Shown here piece by piece: positions 12,757 to 25,823 of a DNA stretch of 64,000 nt. A program made the translations under genes and the position numbers. The notes beneath the pieces were generated by a model. That model was given only the letters and a program-made list of their open reading frames with translations, was not told where the DNA came from and searched no databases. Numbering within the stretch: position 1 is the stretch's first letter; every line of letters starts with the position of its first letter. This stretch comes from Camelus dromedarius (Eukaryota), in assembly GCF_036321535.1 (NCBI RefSeq), contig NC_087454.1:19034001-19098000 (forward strand), in the 5' to 3' direction.

Positions 12757-14134
12757 CCTGAAGAAATCCAGAGAACTCTTCTGAGGCATAAATAAATAGG
12801 CTATAAGAAAGTTGAGAGGTGAAATTATATTGTTTCTCAAGTTGTTTACTATTTGTAAAACAAAGAAAACTGTATAAAGGAAAACCAAATGGGAAAGTCC
12901 AGTCTTGTTGTGTTAAACAATGCAGTCCTACATAATGTAAGGGAAAGTTGAACAAATGGGACACTATCCATGGAATCTTAATGTTGAATTTTTTGGGGAC
13001 GTATCTATCAGCTGACAAAACCAATTTGCTATGTATTCTTTTGTGTTGTGAATGAAATCACATATAGACACTTGCCAATATTACTCATATATTGTGTAGT
13101 TGGGTAGTACTTACACCTGTTTATCTGTGTATTCCCTGTATATTAACATATTATACTGTGAGCAATAAAATGTTTATGCTGTTATTTTAAGGACCATGGC
13201 TACTCAACTGGAAAAGTAAATGTTAACTCACATATGACTTAAAGGAAATTTGTAAGCAATATGTCATGATTTCTTTTTCTTCAAGCAGGGAGGCAAGTAA
13301 GTTATTAAAACAAATAATTGTGAATACTAATTAACAGAGATACAGTAACCAATGGTTTACCTAGAGTTTTGTAAACTCTGACTCCAAAGATGTTTTATAA
13401 CTCAATTGGATAGTCAAAGGTTACTGTAAAATATTATTAAAAGTCGAGGCAGAAAAAAAAAAAAGGTCGAGGTAGATTGAAAAAAACATTTCAGGAATAC
13501 CTTTCTAGCTCATTAGTATGTTATTTTCCCCTCAATTTGTGGTCCTGAAAAATTTTAAGCTTCAAAACTCTTCTTATTTATTTATTTTGCTTTTCTATTT
13601 CTATACGTTTTTACAGATTGTAATGTGATGCAATATGATGTAATAATACCAGTGAAATATGAGGAATTCATCAAATTTTGTCTTGTTTTTCTTACCTGTC
13701 ACCAAACCTATACTAAGTGAAAGCTAATAAATCATAATTGCTGAAGTATTTTAGGAGCTAATAGGCAAGACTTACTATGTTCCTTATTTTGTAAGTTCCT
13801 AGAAGTGGCTGCTGGGCTGAAACAATGCTGGGTGCCAGCGTTTACAATTATTTACAGATACAGACAGATCAGACTATAAAAGAATATTTTGAGCTCATGG
13901 ACAGACTGTTCAAATTTTTTATATTCACTTTGTAAACCCAAACAATTTGGTTCTAAGCTTATCACATGCTTTTTCTGTCTTCTAACTTTATCTTCTTTGG
14001 TCCTTCAATTCTGATTTTGTTTATAAAAGAATATATGTGTGGAGAAGGCATCTTCTATCCTGAACTGTCACAGATCAGAATTTTTTATATAATCCACCCT
14101 GTGTGAAGGCTGTAAACTATAGAGGAACCCATAG

Positions 14135-14480
14135 GTTCTGGTTATCTCTTGCTGCATAACATACTATCACCCAAAACATAGAAGGTTAAACACTTAGTTA
14201 ATTAAATCGCATTATTCTGTGGGTCAGAGATTCAGAAGAACACAGCAGGGCAGGGCTGACTCTGTTTAATAGTGTCTCAGGCCTCAGCTGGGATGACTTC
14301 AACAGCTGGACATGAATCAGCTGGGAGCTGACAAAGTCTGTTTCTCTCTCTCCAGTTTCTCCACGTGGCTATCACGTGCTTCTTCAGAAGACATGCTTCA
14401 GGCAGACTTTTTACATGGGGGCGAACAGACCAAGACAAAATTTGCCAGTCATCTCACAGACAAACCCTAGGACCCAAGAC
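14135..14480 (-). mobile_element. MLT-like (MaLR/ERVL) LTR fragment
   Basis: gttatctcttgctgcataac...ttctgtgggtcagagattc...ggcctcagctggg resembles an antisense MLT consensus. Confidence 0.55.
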
Positions 14481-14759
14481 ACTTTCTGCCATCTAGAGTA
14501 CCTGGGACTGCTATATAGTTTAATTTTTTGACCCTGGGAAGTCCTGACTCCTTTAATTTTTCTCTAAATTTTGCATGAAAATAGATTGGTTTGTTTTTAG
14601 CTTATCTCATTCTTCTTTATTTTATAATAGTCAACTAAAAGAAGTCAGTTGTAACTTTCACCATTCTTTCTGATAATTTCATTTGCAAAATTCATGGGTT
14701 TAATCCATGAGTTTAAGCCATTCTGTCTTCCATTTTACCATATGGAAATCTTTTTTTGT

Positions 14760-16560
14760 TTTCAAGCCGATCGTTAGAGATAAATCCCTGCATAAATTAA
14801 CTGAGGATGTCCTGGGGCTGTGAAGGAAGTAAAGAGATTAAACCCAAAGGAGTTGTAAGTATTAGCCACTATGGACTGGTAGAAGTAATCACAGAATTGG
14901 ATTTTGAGGATGCTTAATCAAGAGACTGGAACATAAAACTGAATTAAAAAAAAAAAAAAGAATGCATTAACTTGACTTAGGCAGAGATACCAGGGGATGG
15001 GGCAAACCTGCTGCTAGTGTGGCTCTTAGAAGCCTAGAAAGAAGTCAGTGGCACATGCTAATCAATGATGAAATCCCTGCGTTGCTCTGGCAGATCACAG
15101 AGAAAGAAAGAAAGCAACTCAAGGGAAGTGGGATATTGGAATGGACATATTATGTGAGGCCAGATAATCCACCATAATATTATGCTACATGGGAGAGTTT
15201 AGGGGAGATATGCCATTCAACAAGGCCATTAGGAATGTTCTGGTAGAGGAGTACCAGAAGTACTAAATTCAGTAATGATTTTAGACCAGGGCTGATGACT
15301 GGGGATGTAATCACAGAGCTGTACTGAGAGTAGAAATGAAGAGGAAGGGGCACTATCAAACAGACAGTAGGACTGAACCACCAGAATTCAGCAGCTTACG
15401 ATGTCCATAACTAACAGTGAGAAGAGGGGTGGTCACAGAGGGCTGTGGAGATGGTTAATGTAATATTGTGTCCCTAGGGGAAAATTAGGGAGCAGTCAGT
15501 GAGGGTGCTGCTTGATATATGTCAGAACAAAAAAAGTGGAGGAGCAGGAGACTGAGAATGGTCTCCTTAATAAAATGGCACAATTCCCTGCCAGTTTATT
15601 GACCAAAGCCAATTTTCAGATGCAGAACACATTGCCTGAAAATGTCCCCCAGGAAGAATTGACAGTCACACTATGGCAAACATTTACTGAAAAGATACCC
15701 CCATTAACTCCCCAAATGGAACTCTCTCCCTTTTGCAGATGACTGTTAACTGAGAAAAGAGAAAGAGAAAAATTCCTAGATATTTCAAGGACTATTGCAC
15801 ATACTGTCTGACTTGACATTAAAAGTGCTGTCACCAGAGCATCATCATTGCCCCCCTATTAGAGTGAGCATACAGAGGCCAGGTGATAAATAAAGTCATG
15901 CTTAGCCTGGCTTACAGTGGGGCACCTGTTAGTGCAGATGCATCCCAACTGTCATTCTCCAGCCACTAGAGGTACACTTGACATACTTAAAAGGTATTGT
16001 AGCTCTATCTCATGTCTTAGTCTGTGGGGAAAGCCAAGTGGAAGACTTTGAATCTGCTTCATCAGGCTAGGATATTACACTAAAACAATACCACATCTTG
16101 GGAAGGATAGCCAAGATTTGTGCCCCACACCCAGTTATCAAAAGACTGAAAGATCACTTGCAGAGATTAGCTGGATCCTGGATAATGACTACAGACTGTG
16201 CCAAACCCAACCAAGTACTAATCTTTCTCCCAGCTGTCATGCCAGACATGGTATTATGAATAGAGCAGATTAACAGGGTTTCAGGTGCATAGTATACCCG
16301 TACTGATTTGGCAAATGCATTCTTGTTTCCTGGGAGCACCCAAAGAGTAAATGTTTCAAGACATCCAGAAAGATGTTGCAAGGTATCTTATGATCTACCC
16401 TCAAAAGTCCCAGAACAAGTCACTGTACCAGCACGAATCAAAGAAGAAAAGAACACCAAAGGGTATCAATTCTGGGAGGCATGTTTCACTGACCATCCAT
16501 GTTTCAAGACTGGCTACCACACTGTTTTGAGACTCATTGTGACACTCCAATCTGAAGAGT
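14760..16560 (+). mobile_element. Decayed ERV-L internal sequence (gag/pol, including an RT fragment)
   Basis: Around 16170-16330 the broken frames read GSWIMTTD...NQV...AVMPDM...EQINR...DLANAF, matching the ERV-L RT motif (GSWRMTVDY...DLANAFFSIP). Many stops. Confidence 0.65.
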
Positions 16561-17559
16561 TATGTTTTTCTTTCTACCTAGCAAAAATGTACATAATCAT
16601 TCTAGGTGTCAGACATTAGGCTAAGTACTTCACACATATTAACTCATTTAATCATCATCATAATCTTTATCTTTATTTTATACATGCGTTAATAAAGGCA
16701 CATGTACGTTACGTTTGCCCAAAGTTTTGAGACAGTGATTGGCAATGATGGATTACAAGTCCAAGCACTGTGGCTACAGTCTTTTTCTTAAACATTGTAC
16801 TGTGCTTTCTCCACAGTTACCTCTTCAAATGTAACCCATTCTCCCTGTTATATTCTGCGTGACTTCCTTTTTATCTGATGTGGTGGGAAATTTTCTGTTT
16901 TCCATATTCTTTAACTTATTGTTCATATAATTAATCTACTTATTGTCTAGGTCTGAATTTCAATTTTTATCTCAGATCTTCCTTTCACTTTACAATTGTT
17001 CTCTTTAGCTTTGTTCAATCAGCAATTTGACCCTATCAATAAGTTTTTAATTTCAAAGATTCTGTGTTTTATTTCTAGAAGATTTTCATGGTTCTTTTCC
17101 AAACCTGCTTGTTGTTTTTAAAATAATATCTTTATCTTTCTTTAGGTTTCCATTTCTTCTTTTATCCCTGTAATAATTTTTAAAACTTTAGTTGATATTA
17201 AAATCTTCTTTTATGTCAAATCCTAAAGATGCTGCTCTATAAGTTTATCTCATTCATTCATGCTGTATTTTTCCTGACATATTTTATACTATTTAATGTG
17301 CTCTATCTATAAGAAGATGTTCAAGACATAGTAGTCAATGGAAAACCAGATTACAAACTTCCATGATCCAACTTGTTGTGTATATATATATATATGTAAC
17401 TAATATTTCTAAGTTTGATTTATGTTGCCATTTTGCATGTCTATTTTTATATTAAATATTCATAGCCTATTTAAATAAAGAAATAATAAAAGATAAAAGT
17501 AAAAAATTTTAAGTTAGCACTTAAGAATTGTTGCTCTACCGTACTCATTATTTCCTCTT

Positions 17560-17955
17560 TTTAAATTGAGATATAGTTGATTTACAATGTTTTGTTAGCT
17601 TCTGGTGTACAGCATAGTGATTCAGTTATGCACATATATATACTTTTTTTCATGTTCCCTTTCATTATAGGTTATTACAAGCTATTGAATATAGTTCCCT
17701 GTGCTACACAGCAGGATCTTGTTGTTTATCTGTTTTCTATATAGTAGTTTGAATCTGCTAATCCCAAACTCTGATTTACCACTCCCCTCTTTCTCCTTTG
17801 GTAACCATAACTTTGTTTTCTATGTCTGTGAGTCTGTTTTGTTTTGTAAATAAATTTGTTTATGTCACTGTTTTAGATTCCACATATAAGTGATATCATA
17901 TGATATTTATCTTTCTCTGACTTACTTCACATACTATGATAACCTCTAGGTCCAG
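17560..17955 (-). mobile_element. L1 3' end fragment
   Basis: ttttttaaattgagatatagttgatttacaatg...ttccctgtgctacacagcaggatcttg...tagattccacatataagtga, a typical antisense L1 3' UTR. Confidence 0.8.
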
Positions 17956-18168
17956 CCCCATATTCATTTTTCTCCATTGTATAGCCTTGCCTTCTTTCAC
18001 ATATTCATTTTTAGTATGACTATGATAACTATAAAACTTTTCACAGAGAAATGTCAGAACACAACAAAGTTATTCCTCCCCAGCCAAGCCTGGAAGACAC
18101 CCCAATAGAGATATCCAGAGTCCAAACAAATTTTTTACCACCATCCTTTCTCAATCAAGTGTTTCAGA

Positions 18169-19098
18169 TTATTTAATGCAGAGAAGCCTCCGTAGTGCCT
18201 GATGAACCTCCTTATTCCTCAGGGTGTAAATCACAGGATTGAAGAGAGGGGTGACCACAGTGTAGAGCAGGGCAAAGACCTTGGAGAGGAGCTGGGAGTG
18301 GACAGCCGAGGGTGCAATGTACAACACCATGAGAGTTCCATAGAATGTGGACACTACAGCTAGGTGGAAGGAGCACGTGGAGAAAGCCTTTCGTCTGCTG
18401 GCCCCAGCAGGAACTCTCAGAACAGCCAGCACGATGCGGGCATAAGATGTCAGGGTCAGTCCAAAGGGAACAGTGAGGCAGACCACAGAGAGAATGAATG
18501 TTGTCATCTGGGCTGCACTGGGATCTGAGCAGGCCAGGCTCATCAAAGGCATAAAGTCACAGTAAAAGTGGTCAATGTGGTTGAGGCCACAGAATCTCAA
18601 TTGAGCCATTAGGGCCACAACCAGTCCATCTACCATGAAGCCCGAGAGCCAGGCTATGACCACCAGCCCCAAGCACCATTTGGGCCCCATCAGGAGTGGG
18701 TAGCGGAGTGGGTAGCAGATTGCCAGGTAGCGATCATATGCCATGACAGCCAGCAGGAAGCATTCAGCAGTGGCTAGAGAACCAAAGATAAAGAACTGGA
18801 GCAAGCAGCCAGCCACCGAGATGGCTGCCTCCTGCAGGAAGCCCTCCAACATTTTTGGCACCACTGTGGAAGTATAGAGGATCTCCAGGAAGGACAGATT
18901 AGCCAGGAAGAAATACATGGGTGTGTGGAGCCTCTCAGAGCTAACTACTGCCACAATGATGAGCATGTTCCCTGCAATGATGGAGGCGTAGGTGAGCGTG
19001 AACACAATAAAGAAAGGGAGACTCAGTTCAGCTACGTCATAGAAACCAAGAAGGACAAACTCAGTAATAGTCTGGTTGCCAATGGAGACAATTTCCAT
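18169..19098 (-). CDS. OR11A1: Olfactory receptor 11A1, 309 aa
   Basis: MEIVSIGNQTITEFVLLGFYD...PKMLEGFLQEA.ISVAGCLLQFFIFGSLATAEC...SAVHSQLLSKVF matches human OR11A1 as recalled. Likely start is 19098; an upstream in-frame ATG lies at 19107. Confidence 0.92.
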   Translation of the reverse strand: MEIVSIGNQTITEFVLLGFYDVAELSLPFFIVFTLTYASIIAGNMLIIVAVVSSERLHTPMYFFLANLSFLEILYTSTVVPKMLEGFLQEAAISVAGCLLQFFIFGSLATAECFLLAVMAYDRYLAICYPLRYPLLMGPKWCLGLVVIAWLSGFMVDGLVVALMAQLRFCGLNHIDHFYCDFMPLMSLACSDPSAAQMTTFILSVVCLTVPFGLTLTSYARIVLAVLRVPAGASRRKAFSTCSFHLAVVSTFYGTLMVLYIAPSAVHSQLLSKVFALLYTVVTPLFNPVIYTLRNKEVHQALRRLLCIK

Positions 19099-20318
19099 GA
19101 GGATCATCCAAGTTTCTGCTTGGCAGTGATTAAGGGAGAAATTTTAGTGCATCTTTGTATCTTCTGCACCAATCCTGAGGTAAGTAGAGCTACGATGAAA
19201 AAGATAAAAGTGAGTCTCCAAAACAAGAATCATCTACACAAGTCCTCATCTGTCCCCCTTTATAGTTGCTTACACCTTTTCCAACTCCTGTTCTTCCCTG
19301 CATTCCTTAATTGTGCATATTCTTGAAGCCCCAAGAGAATTTATTCAAACTCATCATTTCAGTCTTCAGAGCCCTTTAACTTAATAGTTCAATGTAACAC
19401 TTTTATGATACAATAAATTTCACCACCCTAGTCTGTACAACCAGCCATAGAGCCTTTCTCATGAGCAACAGTGTAATACCCTCCCAATGCCTGTAAGACA
19501 TGTTCTATCAACTCAAAATTGGCCTGATCACAACCAGCTCCAATGAGAGTGGTTTGAAAACTCCACCTGATACCCAAGCTTGCTATATTATAGTCATCTT
19601 TATCTTAGTACTATCTCTCATTCCTCATACCCCAATCCGTGAAATCTTATCAATTGTTGCTTGGAAAATGCCTATATATTCCCTCTTCACTGTCGCACCA
19701 TTAATCTCACAACCTCTTTGCAACTATCTTAGCACACTTGCTCTCTGTGTAGCCTTCTAGTCTCCAGATTGATTGCCCTCTCCCATCTCAAAAAAATTTT
19801 AAATACTAGTTTCATCAAATCATTCAAGATTTTGTAGTGCAAATGTGATAAATCATAACATTGAGAAAAGTGTAGATGCTGTGGGAGCAGAGAGATCAAA
19901 CACAGACTGGGAGAGGAGGAGGGTGTGAGAATAGAGGTCAGAGAAGGCTCCCTGAAGAAGATAGTTGTAGGCTGTTTTGGAGGACAGATAAGAGTTGGCC
20001 AGGCAAAGGACAGGCATATAAGCATAGCATTCCAAGCAGGAGAGACATAAGTGAAAGCAAAGATGTGTAATTGAGTTCTTGAAGAGCTAAAAAATGGATC
20101 TGTGTACCTGCAAGGAAGATCTCATATGCTATCTGAAGGGACCTGTGTGTTTTATATTAAAAACAATGAGGATACATTAAATGATTGGAAGCAGAGGGGA
20201 AAGGTACAGAAAAAATGCAGATTTTCCTGTGTGTCTGTGTGTGTGTGTGTAGTAAAATAAAAAAAATCTTCTAGCAGAATTTGTGAAAATATGGTTGCCA
20301 TCTGTTTGGGAGTGTTTT

Positions 20319-20412
20319 GTTTTGTTTTGTTCCTTTAAATGGAGGTACTGAACCCAGGGCCTCATCCATGCTAAGCACACACTCTACCGCTGAGCTGTAT
20401 CTATTTCCACTC
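20319..20412 (-). mobile_element. tRNA-derived SINE (camelid Vic-1-like) with 13-bp target-site duplication
   Basis: Reverse complement agatacagctcagcggtagagtgtgtgcttagcatggatgaggccctgggttcagtacctcc plus an A-rich tail. TTGGGAGTGTTTT is duplicated at 20306-20318 and 20413-20425. Confidence 0.8.
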
Positions 20413-20829
20413 TTGGGAGTGTTTTAAAGGTTCACTGATATGAAAACTATTTTCAAGTTATACCATAATCCTGGCATTTCAGACTACCACATTCCCCTCT
20501 ATTTTTGAAAGGACTGGGGAAGTGGGGAGAAAGAGGAAGGTAAAGAGGAGGTAGTAGGATGTGAGTATTGTAGAGAAATGGGGAAGACATTGCAACAGCA
20601 GGGTTAAGTGGGTAAGAGGCCATCATTCCCTTGCAAGCAGAGAAGACCATGGACTAGGGGAAGAAGCTGAATTTCAAATTGGAAGACTCCAAGGAAGGCA
20701 GGACGAGTTTGAAATCAAGACAAAATTTACTGTACTATCTGGTAGGAAAATGAAAACAGTGCAAAATATGTGTCCATTTTCTGAAAAACAACCAATCACA
20801 GACTCAACCCTATAAAGGTGAAAGTTATA

Positions 20830-21100
20830 GCGTGGATCCCTCCAAGTTATCATCATTTCTGGAAAAGAAATTCGAAGTACATTCCAAGAAAAAAATATTT
20901 GAAGAAATATAGACCAAACTAACCAATTTTAATTTTGCTTTGAAAAATGAGGACAAACTTATTCTCATATATTTTGCAATGTCTGCTAAGCTGGTTCTTT
21001 TTATAAACAGGAAACAATAGTAAATAAATTCTGGTTTAGTTTGAATTTTTAATCTGCTCTCTTCAAGGCTCTTTGGCATTTACTCTAAAATAAGGCAGAA
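20830..21100 (-). mobile_element. hAT-Charlie transposase fragment (decayed)
   Basis: Minus-frame peptide ...SLADIA...FFKAKLKL resembles the Charlie/ZBED YLADIF...FKAKLKLW region. Confidence 0.4.
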
Positions 21101-22780
21101 ATACATACTAAAGAAAATTGTAAAGAAAACAACTTGAGTTTAAGTGTATCCCACAAGTTTTGTTATCCCACAAAAAAAGTAGGAGGATAAATTCCCACCA
21201 TGAAAATAAAAAATGTATGAGGATGTCCTACTCCATAATATACTCCAACTGAAACTGTTCTCGTGAATATCTGCTGCTCTTCATCTCCAGGAGAGATGAG
21301 ATACAAGAAATAATCTGGGATGCAGCCAGAAGGACTCAAATTCTGCTTCTTACTGATTCAGTGGGAGACACTGCAGCACTACGATTCTGGAGGAAGATGG
21401 CAGCATTTCCTTAAATGTCTTTGAAAAAGAGACTTTTTGCCTCTCTGGCTTAGATGAAACGTGTTACTGATCAGAGGAGAAAACTCCATAAAGAACAATT
21501 CTTTAGCTTCTTTTCAAGGATCTGTGAACTAAGCTGTGAACCATTATACAAAAATAGGAAACTCACCTGCAATAGCAATACTAAAGGGAAAAAAGAAAAC
21601 CTTAAGAGATGAAGTCTTCAGAATGCTGAGGCTTCCCACATTCAACTCCTCCCTCCTTGAGCTCAGTCTGAAATAATGTAGGACTTTGATTAGGAATGTC
21701 GCATGCGTCACCCTCCACTCCCCAGAGCAATTCTCTCCTCCACTCTCCATCGCCTTTTCTGGCTCCCAGACTCTTCTGGCTTTTCCTTGTAGGTCCTTCC
21801 CTTTATCACAAAGGAGGGATGACGATTGCCAAGAGGAGAGAGGCCCCTGAGAACCAATTACTGATTGACTGGAAAGCAGCCTTAAATGAAAAAGAAATAT
21901 CAGCCCCCTGAGATACCTTTTTCCAGACGAGGTTCCTGAACAGTTGGCTTGACCAAAAATAGGGCAGAAACCAAGAGTCATATGGGAACCCACGTTTCCA
22001 TCCCCATGAAGGCTAATACTCTCCACCAAGCATCTAATCCCCCAATTTCCAGTCTCTTCCCCAGAACTCATCACAAAATTCTCCTAAGTTCTCTGTAGCA
22101 TCCCTAAACCACGCCCACCACTAGTGGTCCTCCCAGAAGACTGCTCCCAACCCTCACTCCCTACCCTCCAGCTTTTGGACTCCCTTACCATCCCAGAAAA
22201 CTATTTCAATTGAGACAGCCCTTACTACGAGAATTTTATAGATTATCAAAGCCTTGCCAACGTTGGGCCTGCTTTAATGGGAAGGAATAGCCTCTTCCAT
22301 TTTTTTTTTATTTCTTATTCTTTGTTTTACCCATTTGCATTTGGATCAATTTTCTCATTAATCACAGGATTTATTTCTGTATTTGGTAAAACATTGTCCA
22401 TTGTTCAATTAGATATAAGCTCCTTTAGCAAACCGCACCTTAAAGGAAAAATAACACCTCGAAAAGTTCTCCACACCCAGGCACCAGGAGCACGGACTTT
22501 GACAAACCTGAATTCAGTCATGGCTCTACCTTACTCCCCATAAAACACAAATTTATGAAGGGTCTCATTGTCAAGGTCTGAACTGGGGGACATACCATGT
22601 CTTGGGTATTTTATACTCTCCCATCATTTCACATATGCTGTTTAATTTTACTTCTCACAGTAATTTCTGTGGTTGATGTAAAAGACCAGATGATAGAATA
22701 AAGCTGGAGAGGAGACCACATAACTGAGGACATCTCAAGATCATATGTCTTCTCCTTGCCCAGGTGAGCCACCCAGCTGA

Positions 22781-23689
22781 ATGGAGAGAGCCAGCCGCAC
22801 ACTGGTCACTGATTTTGTCTTCGTGAGATTTTCCAACTCTCCAAGGGTTCAGCTGCTCTTTTTCTCCCTCTTCCTCCTGATCCACCTCTCATCTCTGGTG
22901 GGCAGTGCACTCATTGTGCACACTGCGGCTGTGGATGGGCGCCTCCACACTCCCATGTACCTCTTTATCTGCAATCTCTCCTTAGTAGAGCTCTGGTACA
23001 CCACGGTGACTGTGCCCAAAATGCCGGCCAATTCTCTAAATTCCCAAGGGGTCATCTCAGGTCTCAGCCACATCAGCCAGTACTACTTCTTCTCTTTGGC
23101 CACCGCAGAGCTCTTCATTCTCACCACCATGGCCTTTGATGTGGCACTGCCATCTGCCAACCATTCCTCTACCCACTGCTGCTCAGCCCTCAGACTTGGG
23201 GTTCTCTGGCTGGGTCTGCTGGCTTGTGGGATTCCTCTGGCCCATGTTCCCCTCATTCCTTCTTACACAAATCTCCTTCTGCACCCCCAACCAGATCAAC
23301 TGATGCCAATCAGACTTTCCGCCTTTCTTGCACAGACACGTATGCCATCCTAACAGTGGGCTATGCTTTTAGCACTGTCACTATCCTAGAGGCCCTGGTC
23401 TTTACCATGGCTTCCTATGCCCCAGTCCTGACCACAATTCCAGCCATGGCCTCGGCCGCTGCTCGACGCAAGGCCTTTTATACATGTGCAGCCCATCTTT
23501 CTGTGGTCACCATCAACTTCAGTACTCTGGTATTCATGTATGTCCCCCACAGTAAAGTATGAGTCAAATGTCCACAAGATTGTGGCTATCTTCTACTCAG
23601 TCATCACCCCACTTCTCAATCCTCTCATCTATACACTCCGTAACAAAGATGTCAAGGAAACTGTGAAGGTGTTGGTGTCCCAGATCTAA
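22781..23689 (+). pseudogene. Olfactory receptor pseudogene (family 6/11-like)
   Basis: [47 protein letters not shown] and [16 protein letters not shown] fall in different frames. Frame breaks near 23140 (in the MAxDRY motif), 23310 and 23550. Confidence 0.88.
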
Positions 23690-24479
23690 AAAGTGCCTCC
23701 CAAACAGGCAGGCAAAGTGAGTGTGCCACAGAAGTCAGAGAAAGCAAAGCTGGTGGAATACTCAACAGAATATAACCCCTAACCATTGACTTTCACCTGT
23801 GCAATGTACCTTTTTTAATCATTAAGTTTGTATAGTTGCTTTTTGTGAGTTATCTGTGGCACATTTTAAGTGAAAGAGTTTCTCCTCCTGCTGCCCACTG
23901 TGTCTATTAGCTGTCTGTTCCTTCAATTGCTCAGCTTCTCCAGAAAGCAGATAATCTCACGTCAATATAAGTGCAGAGAAATGGCACAGGCTTTGCGGTC
24001 CGCGCATCTGGGTTGGAAACCAGCTCCCCACTTGTTACCATCAGCTAAGTAAGCCAATAAGACTTCTGCAGAGATAACACCAAAGAACATCGAATCTTTT
24101 TTACTTTCCTCGGAGGGAAGTTCTGATGTTCAATTGACCTAATAACACATAAAGCAATAAACAAGTGTTGGTTTATTTGATTACATTAGCCTCCATCAAC
24201 CATAATTACAAAGATCAGACTTGACTTCTGCCAACATACTTATTTTTTCACAATGTAATTTTTTCCTATCATAAAGGCAAAGCATGTTCATTACAAAGAA
24301 GTCAAATATTAAAGAATTGCATGGCATAAAAGTATGAATCTATCCTCTATTTTAATCAAGAAAATGATTTTCAGTAGTATCCATGATGGTGACCGCAGGA
24401 TCTTCAACTAAAAGACTTTTTTTTTTATTCCTGTGATTTAAAATATCTGCCAGATAAGCCAAACATAGATTTTATTTAA

Positions 24480-25340
24480 AAATAAAAAACTTATTTTTAA
24501 AAATCAGACTTCTGAAAGCCAGACATTCTACATGGTAGACAAGCTCCTTGTAATATGACCTCATTTCATGATGAAATCTTTTTAAATTCAATGAAAAGAG
24601 CCCTGCTCCTGATTGCTTCTGATGTCTATTTTGACTGTTGATTTTCCGTATTGTTGGAAACATCTATTGCCAGAGCATGCCTATGTAAAGCATCACGAAT
24701 GATAGGAATTTGGGAGCTTTCTTCATCACTAAAGTATCAAAACCAGATGTATCATTAAACATCACAGAAGCTCCATCTGAGCAGAGTGTGAAGATTTTCT
24801 CTACAAAGTTTAGTTTTAAAAAAAAATCTTGTAGCATTTCCAAAATAACAATAGTTTTAATAGTTTACAAAGAAAACTTGTAAAGTAGAAATTCTCTGAT
24901 AGCATCAGCTTGAGCAAAGCAAACAGCAAACAAAAAGAGAGAGAGAGAGAGAGAGCTGGTACACTGAGAGATATCTGCAGTTTCACCCAGCTGTGCACGA
25001 CAGAGAACCGAGAAGGCTGCTGTTCCTTGTTGATCTACTTTGAAATATTTAAAGAAATATCAACAATTCCAGAACAAGTTTTATCTTTAACAAAGAAATA
25101 GCTTCCAATTTTTCTCAGTTCCCTTCTGCAAACTACCCTTTTCCATGGCCCCTCCTTCAAAAATCCTCCAACTCAGGCTTCTTTGGTTTGGGAATTTGAA
25201 AGCAACTTTACCTTGTACGCTAAGAAAATGTTTTTATGATTTGGCAAGTCCTCATTTGTAAGTGCCCCAGCTTTTTTGGGTGGATTCTTTTCACATAAAA
25301 AACACAGAAGCCAAAATACATTTTCAGGATAAACAGATCT
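24480..25340 (-). mobile_element. hAT-Charlie DNA transposon fossil (transposase), interrupted by (GA)n
   Basis: Minus-strand fragments QL.ETADISQ, CSDGASVM, LHRHALA and EMRSYYKELVYHVE correspond to Charlie transposase motifs (QLDESTD, CTDGAPAM, HRHALA, EMGAEH..LLYH). Confidence 0.6.
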
Positions 25341-25349
25341 GAGGTGCGC

Positions 25350-25647
25350 TTTCAATTCCCAAATCTAAGGGCCTTCAGATTCATTCCTGTTTTCTTCCGT
25401 GAGTTTTTTTAGTTTTAGCTCTTATGTTTAGGTCTTTGATCCAATTTAACTCATTTTTAACTAACCAACTAACTTCTGTATATGATTTAAGGTAAGGATC
25501 TAACTTCATTCTTTTGCATGTGATTATTCAGTTTTCCCAGAACCATTTATTAAAGATTATTATTTAGCCCATTTAAAGATCTTGGCACCCTTGTCAAAAC
25601 TCAGTTGACCATTGATGTGAATGTTTATTTCTAGACTCTCAAATTAG
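25350..25647 (-). mobile_element. L1 ORF2 3' segment (antisense)
   Basis: ttttagctcttatgtttaggtctttgatcc...cttggcacccttgtcaaaa, typical antisense L1 ORF2. Confidence 0.8.
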
Positions 25648-25823
25648 NNNNNNNNNNNNNNNNNNNNNNNNNNNNNNNNNNNNNNNNNNNNNNNNNNNNN
25701 NNNNNNNNNNNNNNNNNNNNNNNNNNNNNNNNNNNNNNNNNNNNNNNNNNNNNNNNNNNNNNNNNNNNNNNNNNNNNNNNNNNNNNNNNNNNNNNNNNNN
25801 NNNNNNNNNNNNNNNNNNNNNNN

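Noticed and set aside
20340-20412. Functional tRNA gene
   Set aside because: It has an internal deletion, an A-rich tail and a TSD, so it is a SINE.
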